NCBI GenBank assembly: GCA_038256525.1
Contig: JBBSKF010000004.1
Location: 1-58,640, forward strand
Source of the DNA: Mycobacteriales bacterium
GTDB lineage: Bacteria; Actinomycetota; Actinomycetes; Mycobacteriales; SCTD01
Length of the DNA stretch: 58,640 bases
Direction: 5' to 3'
The position numbers were made by a program, and so were the translations under genes. The stretch's first letter is position 1. Each line of letters starts with the position of its first letter. The notes below the pieces were generated by a model. It searched no databases. It had not been told where the DNA came from and saw only the letters and a program-made list of their open reading frames with translations. Positions 18,774 to 28,134 of the stretch are shown here, one piece after another.

Positions 18774-19854
18774 CGCCCGCCCATTCTCTGTGAGCGCGAT
18801 CGTTCTGGCCTACGGGGCGGAACCCTGGTTGCGAGAGTGCATAAGGGCTCTGCTCGCATCGGCGCACGTGGATGTGGAGGTTCTTCTCGTCGACAACGGC
18901 TGCACGAGCATCGACCTGACGGTGCTCAGCTCGCTAGAGCGAGTTCGGATGCTGCGGCCCAGCAAGAACCTGGGCTACTCCCTTGGCTGCAACTTGGCGG
19001 CATCAAGGGCAGCAGGCGAGGTGTTCGTCTTCGTGAACTCAGACTGCATCGTGACGCCTCTTGCGCTGGCCACGCTCGCGCGTGCCGTGTGCGAACAGGA
19101 GGGTCTGGTCACTGCGTCTGTTCGCCTGGGCAGTCAACCGGACCTACTGAATTCTTCGGGAAACCCTGTCCACTTCCTTGGCTTCTCGTGGGCCGGTTGT
19201 CACGGTGAACCGGCGCCGAAGACTGGGGCGATCAGAGAAGTCACCAGCGTGAGTGGTGCCTGCTTCGGGGTTTCCCGCGAAGTATGGATGCAGCTAGGCG
19301 GTTTCGCCGAGGGCTACTTCGCCTATCACGAGGACGTCGAGCTGAGCCTTCGGTGCTGGCTCTCGGGACGTACGGTCCGGTACGTCCCAGAGGCGATCGT
19401 TCATCATCACTACGAGTTCGCACGTAACCCAGAGAAGATGTACCTGTTGGAACGCAACCGGCTGATCACCTGGCTGAGTCTTCTGGAGCTCAGGACCTTG
19501 GTCCTGCTTGCACCGATGATGTTGTTCGCCGAGGTCGGGGTCTCGCTCGTGGCTGCCCGTCAAGGCTGGCTGAGACACAAGGCCCGCGGCTGGCTGTGGC
19601 TGATGGGCAACGCCGGCTGGATCCGAGCGCGGAGACGGGAGATGCTCCGGCAGCGTGTGGTGTCCGACCGGGTCCTGTCGCGGCACCTCTCTGGCACGCT
19701 CAACCCGGGTGGTACCGCGATGCCGCCCGCGGCCGCGCTGGCGAACGCGCCCCTCGCGGCCTATTGGTGGATCATCCGACGGCTATTGCGAGCTACTCCT
19801 CCGGCCCAGGTGGGTGAGATTCGCGGTGGTTCTGCGCCTCCAGCCGGAGGATAG
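18766..19854 (+). CDS. Glycosyltransferase family 2
   Basis: FSVSAIVLAYGAEPWL...VEVLLVDNGCT...VFVNSDCIV, typical GT2 (GT-A) N-terminal motifs. Confidence 0.85.
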   Translation: MPDARPFSVSAIVLAYGAEPWLRECIRALLASAHVDVEVLLVDNGCTSIDLTVLSSLERVRMLRPSKNLGYSLGCNLAASRAAGEVFVFVNSDCIVTPLALATLARAVCEQEGLVTASVRLGSQPDLLNSSGNPVHFLGFSWAGCHGEPAPKTGAIREVTSVSGACFGVSREVWMQLGGFAEGYFAYHEDVELSLRCWLSGRTVRYVPEAIVHHHYEFARNPEKMYLLERNRLITWLSLLELRTLVLLAPMMLFAEVGVSLVAARQGWLRHKARGWLWLMGNAGWIRARRREMLRQRVVSDRVLSRHLSGTLNPGGTAMPPAAALANAPLAAYWWIIRRLLRATPPAQVGEIRGGSAPPAGG

Positions 19855-20161
19855 CCACCTCCTCGGCTAGGGCTCGGGTCTCGTCCTCCAGCCGGCTCAC
19901 CTCCCAGCTGAGCTGGACGCAGACGATCAGCAGGACGAGCGCGGCGACGAAAAACAGAAGGTTCGACGGGGTCTGCACGCCCGTCAGCCGGGCGCCGAAG
20001 GACAGGACCCCCGGGAAGACGGCGATGACAAGCACCGCCAGACTGACGAACAGCCAGAGAATCGCGTACTTCTCCCTAAGCTGATGGCGCCGGAGTAGAT
20101 CGATTATGATGAATAGGGTGAATCCTGCGGCAAACAAGGGCAGGATACGCGCGCTGGTCAT
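19793..20161 (-). CDS. DUF2304-type small membrane protein
   Basis: 122 aa with 3-4 TM segments and LRRHQLREKYAILWLFVSLAVL. ATGA overlap with the upstream GT2, the usual partner arrangement. Confidence 0.7.
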   Translation of the reverse strand: MTSARILPLFAAGFTLFIIIDLLRRHQLREKYAILWLFVSLAVLVIAVFPGVLSFGARLTGVQTPSNLLFFVAALVLLIVCVQLSWEVSRLEDETRALAEEVAILRLEAQNHRESHPPGPEE

Positions 20162-20913
20162 ACCGGCTCGCGAGCTGATACGACCCGCTCGCGCTCGTCC
20201 TCGGGCCAGCGTCGGATGAAGGCCAGCGACAGGGCTATGGAGGCCCGGAGCAGGTAGAGGGTGGCTCGGAGCGAGCCCTGCGAGGAGGACCCGTGCAGGC
20301 GGGGGTTCATGACGACTGCGACCTGCTCGACGCGAAGTCCCGCCCTGGACGCAATGAGCAGCGCCTCAACCGTGTCGCCCAGGTACTCAACGGGGTAGTG
20401 GCGGGCGAACAGCGTCATGGCTCGCCGGTCACACGCGCGGAAGCCTGATGTCACGTCGGATAGAGGCGTCCCCACCGCGCGCGACAGGACCCCCGCCAGG
20501 ACGCGCATCGCTCCCCTGCGGGCGCCGCCCACTTCGAACTCGCCCTCGCCAGCAAAGCGCGCGCCAATAACGATCTCGGCCTTTTCCAGTTTGGCCAGCA
20601 GCACAGGGACGTAGGCCGGATCGTGTTGGCCGTCGGCATCGACCTGGACCGCCGCGTCATAGCCGTTGCGAAGGGCGTACTTGAACCCCGCCCTCATGGC
20701 CCCGCCGACGCCGAGGTTGTACGGCAGGGTCAGCACCAGCGCGCCCGCGCTTGCTGCAGCGGCGCCAGTCCCGTCGGTGCTCCCGTCGTCAACGACGAGG
20801 ACGTCGACGCCTGGTGCCTCCTGAAGCAGTGCCGCCACCACTTGCCCAACAGACTTGCGCTCGTTGAGCGCTGGCACGATTGCGACTGCCCTAGCAACGC
20901 CGGGATGCGCCAT
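20158..20913 (-). CDS. GT2 glycosyltransferase, polyprenyl-phosphate (DPM1/GtrB-like catalytic domain, soluble)
   Basis: ATG 20913 (MAHPGVARAVAIVPALNE). Contains VLVVDDGSTDGT and VQVDADGQHDP. Confidence 0.85.
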   Translation of the reverse strand: MAHPGVARAVAIVPALNERKSVGQVVAALLQEAPGVDVLVVDDGSTDGTGAAAASAGALVLTLPYNLGVGGAMRAGFKYALRNGYDAAVQVDADGQHDPAYVPVLLAKLEKAEIVIGARFAGEGEFEVGGARRGAMRVLAGVLSRAVGTPLSDVTSGFRACDRRAMTLFARHYPVEYLGDTVEALLIASRAGLRVEQVAVVMNPRLHGSSSQGSLRATLYLLRASIALSLAFIRRWPEDERERVVSAREPV

Positions 20914-21178
20914 AGCAGTCAGCCTAACGGCGCGGCGAACTCCTTCGGCTACGCAAGAAGCACGCAAGACGGACGGTCGTTCCAAGTCGCGAGACTGTGC
21001 GAGTTGCGGGTCGAGCCGGAAACAACGCCCGACGAAGGCGCACCTGGCTGGCGGGCGTGGCTCTTGTCCCTAGCGAGCTAGTGAACGCCGCACGGCTACT
21101 CCGATGCCGACTCGGGCGCCAACCGGCGGGCCCGTTGCCAGCAGCCAGCGCTGCTGCAGGACTGTTCAGGCCACTAGG

Positions 21179-23471
21179 TCACAACAGCGCCCCCAGCACG
21201 TTGGAGAAGTCGTCGGTCCACGGCCGCTGCCCGGTCCGGCGCTCCTGCAGGTCCTGCCAACGCCCATCGGCATGCAGACTGCTCAGCCGCTCGCCGACCT
21301 GGCTGAGAACGACCCACGTCGATGCGGATTTGCCCACCGCAGCATCGCTGAGCTGATCAACCTGGATGAGTCCCTGCAACTCAACGTCGTCGGCGATCTC
21401 GGCCAGCACCGGCGCCAGGTCGAGGTAGCGGTTGCTGATGTGTAAGACGAGCAGGCCGTCCGGGCGCAGCCGCGAGAGGTAGAGCTCGACTGCCTCACGG
21501 GTCAGCAGATGGACGGGGATCGCGTCGGAGCTGAACGCGTCGAGCACGAGGAGATCGAAACGTCCCGGCGGCTCGTCGGCCAGCGACAGCCGGCCGTCCC
21601 CGAGCACCACCTCCACTCGCGCTGCGCTGTCCGACAGGTAGGTGAACAGCTTCGGGTCCCGGGCGATGTCCACGTTCGCTTGGTCGATCTCGAAGAACGT
21701 GATCGCCTGGTCCGGCTGGCCGTAGGCCGCCAGAGCGCCGCTCCCCAGCCCGACGAAGCCGAGCTCGGCCCCGGCCAGCCGCGCGGACTGGTCGGCGAGC
21801 AGCTGCCCGATCGGTCCGGTGCGGTGGTAGTAGCTGCGCGGCTCGCGCTGCCTGCCCGGCCGCCGATCCTGCGTGCCGTGCACCGTGCTCCCGTTCGTGA
21901 GCGTGTGCACCCCGCCGGACGCCGACACCTGTGGACGCCGAAGAAGGTGCGGCTGGTCGCCAGGCTCCCGGTCAGCAGCAGCGGCACCACGAGCACCAGC
22001 ACCAGGCCGAAGGCCTACGGACGCGGGCTGCGCGCGCCGACGACGCCGAGCAGTCCCATCAGCAGCACCGTCAGCGCGGCCAGCGCAAGGCCGGAGTCGA
22101 GGGCCGGGACATCATCGAGCAGGGGCCAGAGCCGGTATGGCGGCGAGGCCGGCGACAACCAACAGGATGGTGCCGAGCAGCCCGTACCGCGGCTCGAACC
22201 AGGTCTTGCGCCCGCCCAGGCTCGGGACGAGCAGCACCGCGAGCGCGATGGCGATGGCGATGGCGATGGCGATGGGGTATTCGTAGAACCGATCAAAAAC
22301 GACCGGCCCGATCAGCGCGTTGACCGCCCCGCCGAGCGCGCCGCCGAGCGCCAGCAGCATGTAGAAGCCGGTCAGCCCGTCGACGCCGGGCCGGTCGGTG
22401 GCCAGGCGGGTGTGCGCGACCAGGGCCACCGCCGTGAACAGGGCGAGGTGGGTGACCACCTGGACCGCCCGCGGCAGGGGGGTCCCGATCGCCCCAAGGA
22501 CCACCGGGACGACCAGCGCGGGTAGCAGCAACGCCAGCCCGGCGGGACAGCGCCGCCGCGGACGGGCGGACAGCGCAAACGCGACGATGAACGTCACGAG
22601 GTAGAGCGAGAGCGGCACCACTACAGCAGCGGCACCGGCGCCAGATCGGTCGAGAGTACGTCGTCGTGCCCAGCATGAACGAGGACGCCAGGGCCGCCAG
22701 CGCCACCCAGCGCAGCCGCCGACCCATCGTTGGTGGGGCGGCGGCGAACACGTGCTGCGCGGGGATCTCCGCGGGCACGCATACGGCGGAGCGTCGCAGC
22801 ACGATCGCGCAGACGATGACGAGCACGACGAAGGCGACATAGCCCCGTGACCACAGCCGGAGCTGGTCGTCGAGGGCAGGCGCGGCTCGACGAGCGTGGG
22901 ATAGCTGAGCAGGGCCAGCAGGCTGCCGGTGTTGCCTGCGGCGAACAGGAAGTACGGGGCCTTGGCGCGAGGGTGCGAGGTCGCGCCGAACCAGCGCTGC
23001 AGCAGCGGACCGGCGGTGCTCAGCACGAAGAAGGGCGCCCCGACCGTGGCGGCCAGGACGACCAGCAGCCACAGGACCGGAGCCGCCCTGTCCGGAGTCT
23101 CAGGCTGACCAGGGATCCCGATCGGCAGGACGAGCAGCGGGAGCAGGACCAGGGCCGACCTGAAGGAGCGACTGCCGCCGGACCCCGAACCGGCGGATGC
23201 TGAGGTGCGTCAGGACGTAGCCGGCGAGCAGGCTGATCTGGAAGAACAGGTTGGAGGTGTTCCACACCGACGGCGAACCGCCGAACAGCGGTAGGACGAG
23301 CTTCGCGACCATCGGCTGGACGAGGAACAGCAGGCCTGCTCCGGTTAACGAGGTGCAGGAGAAGAGCACTGCCGCGGCCAGCAGGCGCGGGCGACCACCC
23401 AGTGGCGTCCCGGCGGGCTGTGGTTGGGGGGCATCGATGCTGACCGGACCGACGTGGACCGGTGTGCTCAC
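21179..23471 (-). pseudogene. Fused polytopic-membrane/spermidine-synthase-like protein, multiply frameshifted
   Basis: Recognisable segments run across at least 6 frame changes: 23100..23471, 22112..23026, 22293..23072, 22621..22854 (ends in TAG), 22015..22296, 21502..22002, and 21179..21928 (the C-terminal spermidine-synthase-like domain, LLVLDAFSSDAIPVHLLT). Confidence 0.7.
22245..22274. repeat. (GCGATG)x5 hexanucleotide tandem repeat
   Basis: Read directly. Encodes (AI)n on the minus strand inside the pseudogene. Confidence 0.9.
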
Positions 23472-23705
23472 CCGGGCTTACTACCACCGGGGAGGCGGGC
23501 GCTGTGGGCGATCGCCGCAGAACGGGGCATCCGCTGACCGAGACCGCCCAGCCACGGGTCGCCGATCGCGCAGGCTGCTGGTCATCCGCAGACCAGGCAC
23601 CAGATGGCAAGTTCCTCGGCCAGCCGCCCGCGATCGTGGTTCACTCTGAGTGATGCGGCGGCGGTTCACGCTGCCCGGTGACGGTTCGAGCAGCTTGGGG
23701 GGCTG

Positions 23706-24260
23706 ATGACGCGTATGCGCCGCGACCCCCGGCGCGCAGACGATGGAGCGGCTGCCGTCGAGTTCGCCCTGCTGTTCCCGATCTTCATCATCGTTTTGAT
23801 GGGGACAATCAGCGCAGGCACTGCCTTCAGCAAGCAGATCAACATCACGCAGGCTGCCCGCGAGACGTCCCGTTTCGGTGCAACCTTGACGTACAACGCC
23901 GCCAAGGGAGCGCCTGGGGGCACCGTCAACGACTGGTTGAACAAGGTGTCGCCAGTTGGCCAGGCAGCGGCGGGGCCACCGACGGACCCGATCGGTGGTC
24001 ACGATAATCTGTGTGTCGCCATGATCGATGTCACCGTCCCGGCCACTCCCCTTCTCAGTCGGATCCAAGACGGAGTCATTGAGGCGGGAAAGACGTGTGA
24101 CGATGTCGCACCGATTGTCGGCCTGGGACCGCGGTACGTCCAGGTCGTGGTGAAGCGAAAGGCAAACTTCTTCGCGGTCTTTCTGAACAAGGATCTGACC
24201 CTGCGATCGGCGTCCACGACGCCGTACGAGCCTGGCAACGCACCGGCTCCGACCCCGTGA
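23706..24260 (+). CDS. tadE: TadE-like pseudopilin/pilus assembly protein
   Basis: N-terminus DDGAAAVEFALLFPIFIIVLMG, the TadE signature. Confidence 0.8.
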   Translation: MTRMRRDPRRADDGAAAVEFALLFPIFIIVLMGTISAGTAFSKQINITQAARETSRFGATLTYNAAKGAPGGTVNDWLNKVSPVGQAAAGPPTDPIGGHDNLCVAMIDVTVPATPLLSRIQDGVIEAGKTCDDVAPIVGLGPRYVQVVVKRKANFFAVFLNKDLTLRSASTTPYEPGNAPAPTP

Positions 24261-26149
24261 CCAGGCCCCGAGTCATGCGGCGCCTGCGAGGCGACGATGG
24301 CGCCTACGCCATTCTCTACGGGATCACCATTGTCCTCGTCCTTGCGTTCGCTGGCATCGTGGTCGACATCAACAGTGCACGGGCTGATCGACGTCTTAAT
24401 CGCACAGCAGCTGACGCCGCGTCACTCGCTGCGGCCACGCAACTACGGTCTGACGCACCGAAACCGCGGGAAGCCTGCATAAAGGCCGTCGCCTATCTCA
24501 ACGACAACCTTCGCGGCGCGACGCTCGCAGCCACGGTTTGCGACCCGTTTCCTGTCGTTGTCAGCGCGGCCAGCCCCTGCCCACCTAGCGCTGTCATCTT
24601 CACGCCGATCGTCAGCGGCGACTTTCGCGTGACCATGACGTGGCCCGTTGTGAGCACCTCACCGCTCCTCGAGAAGCCCGATGTCCGTCCCGGCAATGCC
24701 ACCCAGACAGAGGACACTGTTTTCGATGGAACCGCTGATGATCGCTGTCAGCGTTTCGCGGTGTCGGTCGCCCAGGACCGGGACTTCCTGTTCGGACCAG
24801 TCGTCGGCGGGCCCGCCGGCACCACCACCGGCGTCAGCAGCGTTGGCCGATCTGCCCCGATGGGTGAGTCAGGAGATGCGGCGGCAGCACTCATCCTCCT
24901 GGAGCGCATGGAGTGCAATGTGCTCGAGATCCCCAACACCGGCCCCACTGTTGTCGTCCAGGGCAACATGGATCGCCCGGGCATCATTCACGCGGACAGC
25001 GACGGCAGTGGCGGCTCATGCGGTGGCTCCAAGATCTTTCACGTGCAGCAGGACAACGTGGACATCATCAAAGCTGCCCATGCAGAGACTGGGGCGACGC
25101 CCAGGGCACAAGGCATCATCAGTACGGTCGCACTGAACGGTGGCGCGAGCGCTGTCCCGGCCAACGCATATACCGGCACTCCCGGCAGGCGGGTCAAGGC
25201 AGCCGGTGACCCGCTCGCGTCCCCCCCTCTCACACTGGCGCAACAAACTCCCATTGGGCGCCCCCTGGTGACCCGTGGCCCCGTCGACAAGCGCTATCGA
25301 CTCCCCGTGAAGGACCTCATCGGCGAAGCACAGGCTGCCTGGGGTTTGTCTGCCGCGGCCGCGGCAACGGCCGGCTACACAGTGAAGCCTACCTGCAATT
25401 TGAAAGACGGCAGCTTCACAGAACAGAAAATATTTGTCGACTGCGACAAGGGTCCGGTGAATATCAATAATTTCACCTTCTCCGCTGGAGATGCCACGGT
25501 GGTTTTCAATAAGGCTGTCTCGGTGGGGTCCGGAAACTTTTTTAATATCCCGGACGCCAGAAAGGTCTTCATTCGCGGGGAGCTAGAAAGCAAAGGACCA
25601 GTAAACATCAATGCCGGGGCCGAGGCCAGTTGCGCCGCCCGCCAGGCAGCGTCTCCCCTCAGAACGGCCGCAGTTGTCCTCGACGGTGGCCTGGCGTCTT
25701 CGGCTGCTGCAGCCTACCGCTTGTGCAGCACGACTGTTGTGTTCGCCAAGTGCGCGGTGCCAACGAGTGACGCCACGCTGCCGACGACGAACGCATGCAC
25801 CGACAACATCAGAACGAATGGTGGCGCTATCGACTGGTCGGCGCCCAACACTGTCTCCGGACCCCCCACGCCGGCAGATTTTCTGAAACTGGAGGACCTA
25901 GCCTTGTGGGGGGAGGCCAGCGAGGACATGAAGATGAACGGCAACGGCGGCCTTAAGCTCAGCGGGATTTTCTTCCTACCGAACGCCGATCCCTTTGATC
26001 TCGGTGGAACCGGGAGTGTCGACGTCGTAAATTCACAGTTGATCGTGCGTCGCCTGAGCGTGAGCGGGGACTCCGAGTTCAGTTTCAAACCCAACCCCAA
26101 TGATGTCGTGAACATCCCGTTCTTCGGTGGCGTGTCGCTCATCCGCTAG
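24257..26149 (+). CDS. tadG: TadG-like pilus assembly protein (large, 630 aa)
   Basis: N-terminus GAYAILYGITIVLVLAFAGIVVDINSARADRRLNRTAADAASLAAA (TadG N-terminal domain). GTGA overlap with tadE. The long C-terminal region has the family-typical GIFFLPNA...QLIVRRLSVSGDS ending. Confidence 0.7.
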   Translation: MTRPRVMRRLRGDDGAYAILYGITIVLVLAFAGIVVDINSARADRRLNRTAADAASLAAATQLRSDAPKPREACIKAVAYLNDNLRGATLAATVCDPFPVVVSAASPCPPSAVIFTPIVSGDFRVTMTWPVVSTSPLLEKPDVRPGNATQTEDTVFDGTADDRCQRFAVSVAQDRDFLFGPVVGGPAGTTTGVSSVGRSAPMGESGDAAAALILLERMECNVLEIPNTGPTVVVQGNMDRPGIIHADSDGSGGSCGGSKIFHVQQDNVDIIKAAHAETGATPRAQGIISTVALNGGASAVPANAYTGTPGRRVKAAGDPLASPPLTLAQQTPIGRPLVTRGPVDKRYRLPVKDLIGEAQAAWGLSAAAAATAGYTVKPTCNLKDGSFTEQKIFVDCDKGPVNINNFTFSAGDATVVFNKAVSVGSGNFFNIPDARKVFIRGELESKGPVNINAGAEASCAARQAASPLRTAAVVLDGGLASSAAAAYRLCSTTVVFAKCAVPTSDATLPTTNACTDNIRTNGGAIDWSAPNTVSGPPTPADFLKLEDLALWGEASEDMKMNGNGGLKLSGIFFLPNADPFDLGGTGSVDVVNSQLIVRRLSVSGDSEFSFKPNPNDVVNIPFFGGVSLIR

Positions 26150-26415
26150 TTTTGGCTAGCCACACCGCAGTTCCCTGGTCGCCCCCACGCACTCCCGACC
26201 CCGCCGACTCGTGTGCGCGCCACAAATATCCGCACCTGGCGGATAACTATTGTGGATCTTGAAAGGCGCTAGCATCCACGGGGGCGGGGTCGCTGGCTCG
26301 TCTGTTGCGCGGCCTTGTCGCAAAGGCCGACCTGCCAAAGCTCCGTGCGTGGTGAGGGGCCCACTTTCACCCTCGGCATAGCTCCGCCGTCAGGTGCGCG
26401 TGGAATTTGGGCAGG

Positions 26416-26676
26416 TCAGTGGGACCGCGACTCTTTGCTCCACGCCGACGTACCGTCCTCCGTCTTGCGTCGCAGACCACCGAAGATGACCTGGAGGATG
26501 CCGATGATCGCCACCAGCGCACCCATGATCTCCTGACCCAGGTTCTCCCCGAAGAAGATGGCCGCGAGGCCCAGGACCACCAGGGCCACTCCGAAAGCGG
26601 CGAAGATGTACGACGGCAGCGTGTTCAACGCGTGCTCCTCAGGTTGTGGATCGGTGGGGCTCACCTTCCTCGCCAT
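26416..26676 (-). CDS. Small hypothetical membrane protein (2 TM)
   Basis: 86 aa with two hydrophobic helices (YIFAAFGVALVVLGLAAIFF, GALVAIIGILQVIFGGL). No recognised family. Confidence 0.4.
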   Translation of the reverse strand: MARKVSPTDPQPEEHALNTLPSYIFAAFGVALVVLGLAAIFFGENLGQEIMGALVAIIGILQVIFGGLRRKTEDGTSAWSKESRSH

Positions 26677-26748
26677 CTGACCATGGTCAACGCCCGTGTG
26701 TACGCGATTCGCGCCCCTTGACCTGACGTCGGCGCAAAAGCGGACAAC

Positions 26749-28061
26749 ATGGCCCGCAGCGGACTAGTGCCGCTGCTGCCAATGTTTGCCCTGTGAGCAA
26801 CACGCCGGTCAAGATCCGCCGCTCGTGGGCTTGATCGTTTGATGCTGTTCTCGTCTGATCCTGACTTCCCCCAGGAGATGCGAGATGGTGCAACGCGTGC
26901 AGGTCCGGACCATCACCAATGACGAGGGCAACAGGCTGCTGCGCATCGTGCGTCGAAGCAGCGGATCGGTCGTGACCTGGCGGCGGGCTCAGATGGTCCT
27001 GTTGTCCGCGCAGGGCATGGACGTCGCAGGGATCGCGAACGTGACGTTCACCAGTGCGGATCGGGTTCGGGATGTGCTGCACAATTTCAACGCCGACAGG
27101 TTCGACTCGCTGCTGCCGAAGTACGGCGGTGGCCGGCCGCCGAAGTTCACGTTGCCGCAGCGGCAGCAGATCAAGAAGACCGCGCTGGCCAGGCCGACCG
27201 ATCACGGTCTGCCGTTCTCGACCTGGAGCCTGCCCAAGCTGGCCGATTTCCTGGTCGCTGAGGGGGTGGTCGACGACATCAGCCACGAGGGCCTACGCCT
27301 GCTGCTCCGCGAGGAGGGCGTGAGCTTTCAAGCCGTGAATACCTGGAAGACCAGCACCGACCCGGACTACGAGGCCAAGAAGAACCGGGTGCTGGAGCTG
27401 TACGCAATCGCCGACGGCAAAGCCGAACCCGGAGCCGGCGATCCGACGGTGATCTTTTGCATGGACGAGTTCGGGCCGTTGAACCTGCAGCCGCACCCGG
27501 GTAAGCAGTGGGCGCCGGTCGCGGCCGGCAAGGGTGACCCGGTCGCGCCGCGGCGGCGGACCCGGCGGGCGACCTACAAGCGCCCGCACGGCGTGCGCCA
27601 CCTACTGGCCGGCTACGACCTGAGCAAGGACAAGCTCTACGGCCATATCACCAAGCGCAAGGGCCGCACCCACTTCCTGGTCTTCTGTCGCCACCTGCGC
27701 TCGCTGTACCCGACCGAGGTGCGGATCGCGATCGTGCTGGACAACTTCAGCCCGCACCTGTCCACCAAGACCGACCGTCGTGTCGGCGACTGGGCCGCGG
27801 CGAACAACGTCGAGTTGGCCTACGTCGCGTTCTACGGCAGCTGGCTGAATCGGATCGAGGCCCAGTTCACCGCCCTGCGCTACTTCGCGCTCGACGGCAC
27901 CGACCGCAACAGCCACGCCGAGCAGGCCCTGATGATCCGCCGCTACATCTCCTGGCGGAACCGGCACGCCCACGACAAGCTGCTACGTCACGTCGTCACC
28001 AAGGCCGAGACAATCAAAAGGGCGAAGGTTGCTTGATGCGGCACTAGTCCGAACGGGCCAT
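26749..28061 (+). mobile_element. IS630-family insertion sequence (~1.3 kb)
   Basis: Terminal inverted repeats: left ...atggcccgcagcggactagtgccgc (26749-26773) and right gcggcactagtccgaacgggccat (28038-28061). The core GGACTAGTGCCGC is a perfect 13-bp match. They enclose a single transposase. TA lies on the right flank only. Confidence 0.8.
26885..28036 (+). CDS. IS630-family transposase
   Basis: 383 aa with an N-terminal HTH region, a DDE-type core (FCMDEFGP ... VLDNFSPH ... NRIEAQF) and typical IS630 sequence features. Confidence 0.9.
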   Translation: MVQRVQVRTITNDEGNRLLRIVRRSSGSVVTWRRAQMVLLSAQGMDVAGIANVTFTSADRVRDVLHNFNADRFDSLLPKYGGGRPPKFTLPQRQQIKKTALARPTDHGLPFSTWSLPKLADFLVAEGVVDDISHEGLRLLLREEGVSFQAVNTWKTSTDPDYEAKKNRVLELYAIADGKAEPGAGDPTVIFCMDEFGPLNLQPHPGKQWAPVAAGKGDPVAPRRRTRRATYKRPHGVRHLLAGYDLSKDKLYGHITKRKGRTHFLVFCRHLRSLYPTEVRIAIVLDNFSPHLSTKTDRRVGDWAAANNVELAYVAFYGSWLNRIEAQFTALRYFALDGTDRNSHAEQALMIRRYISWRNRHAHDKLLRHVVTKAETIKRAKVA

Positions 28062-28134
28062 ACCGGCCTCGTCCGAACGGCTGACCGGCCGTCCGCCCGT
28101 ACCGGCCCACCGGCCGGGAGACAAGGGAGATCTC

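Noticed and set aside
22245-22274. Tandem hexamer repeat and other short repeats, checked as a possible CRISPR array.
   Set aside because: The units are 6 nt with no spacers and lie inside a coding remnant. No repeat-spacer architecture occurs anywhere in the window.
26220-26255. Imperfect palindrome ccacaaatatccgc-acctg-gcggataactattgtgg downstream of tadG, considered as an operator.
   Set aside because: The arms need a 3-nt bulge to pair. There is no adjacent regulator or promoter to link it to, so the signal is too weak to call.
26747-28063. TA target-site duplication expected for IS630.
   Set aside because: TA is present on the right flank (28061-28062), but the left flank reads CA. The duplication therefore cannot be confirmed and the exact element ends remain approximate.
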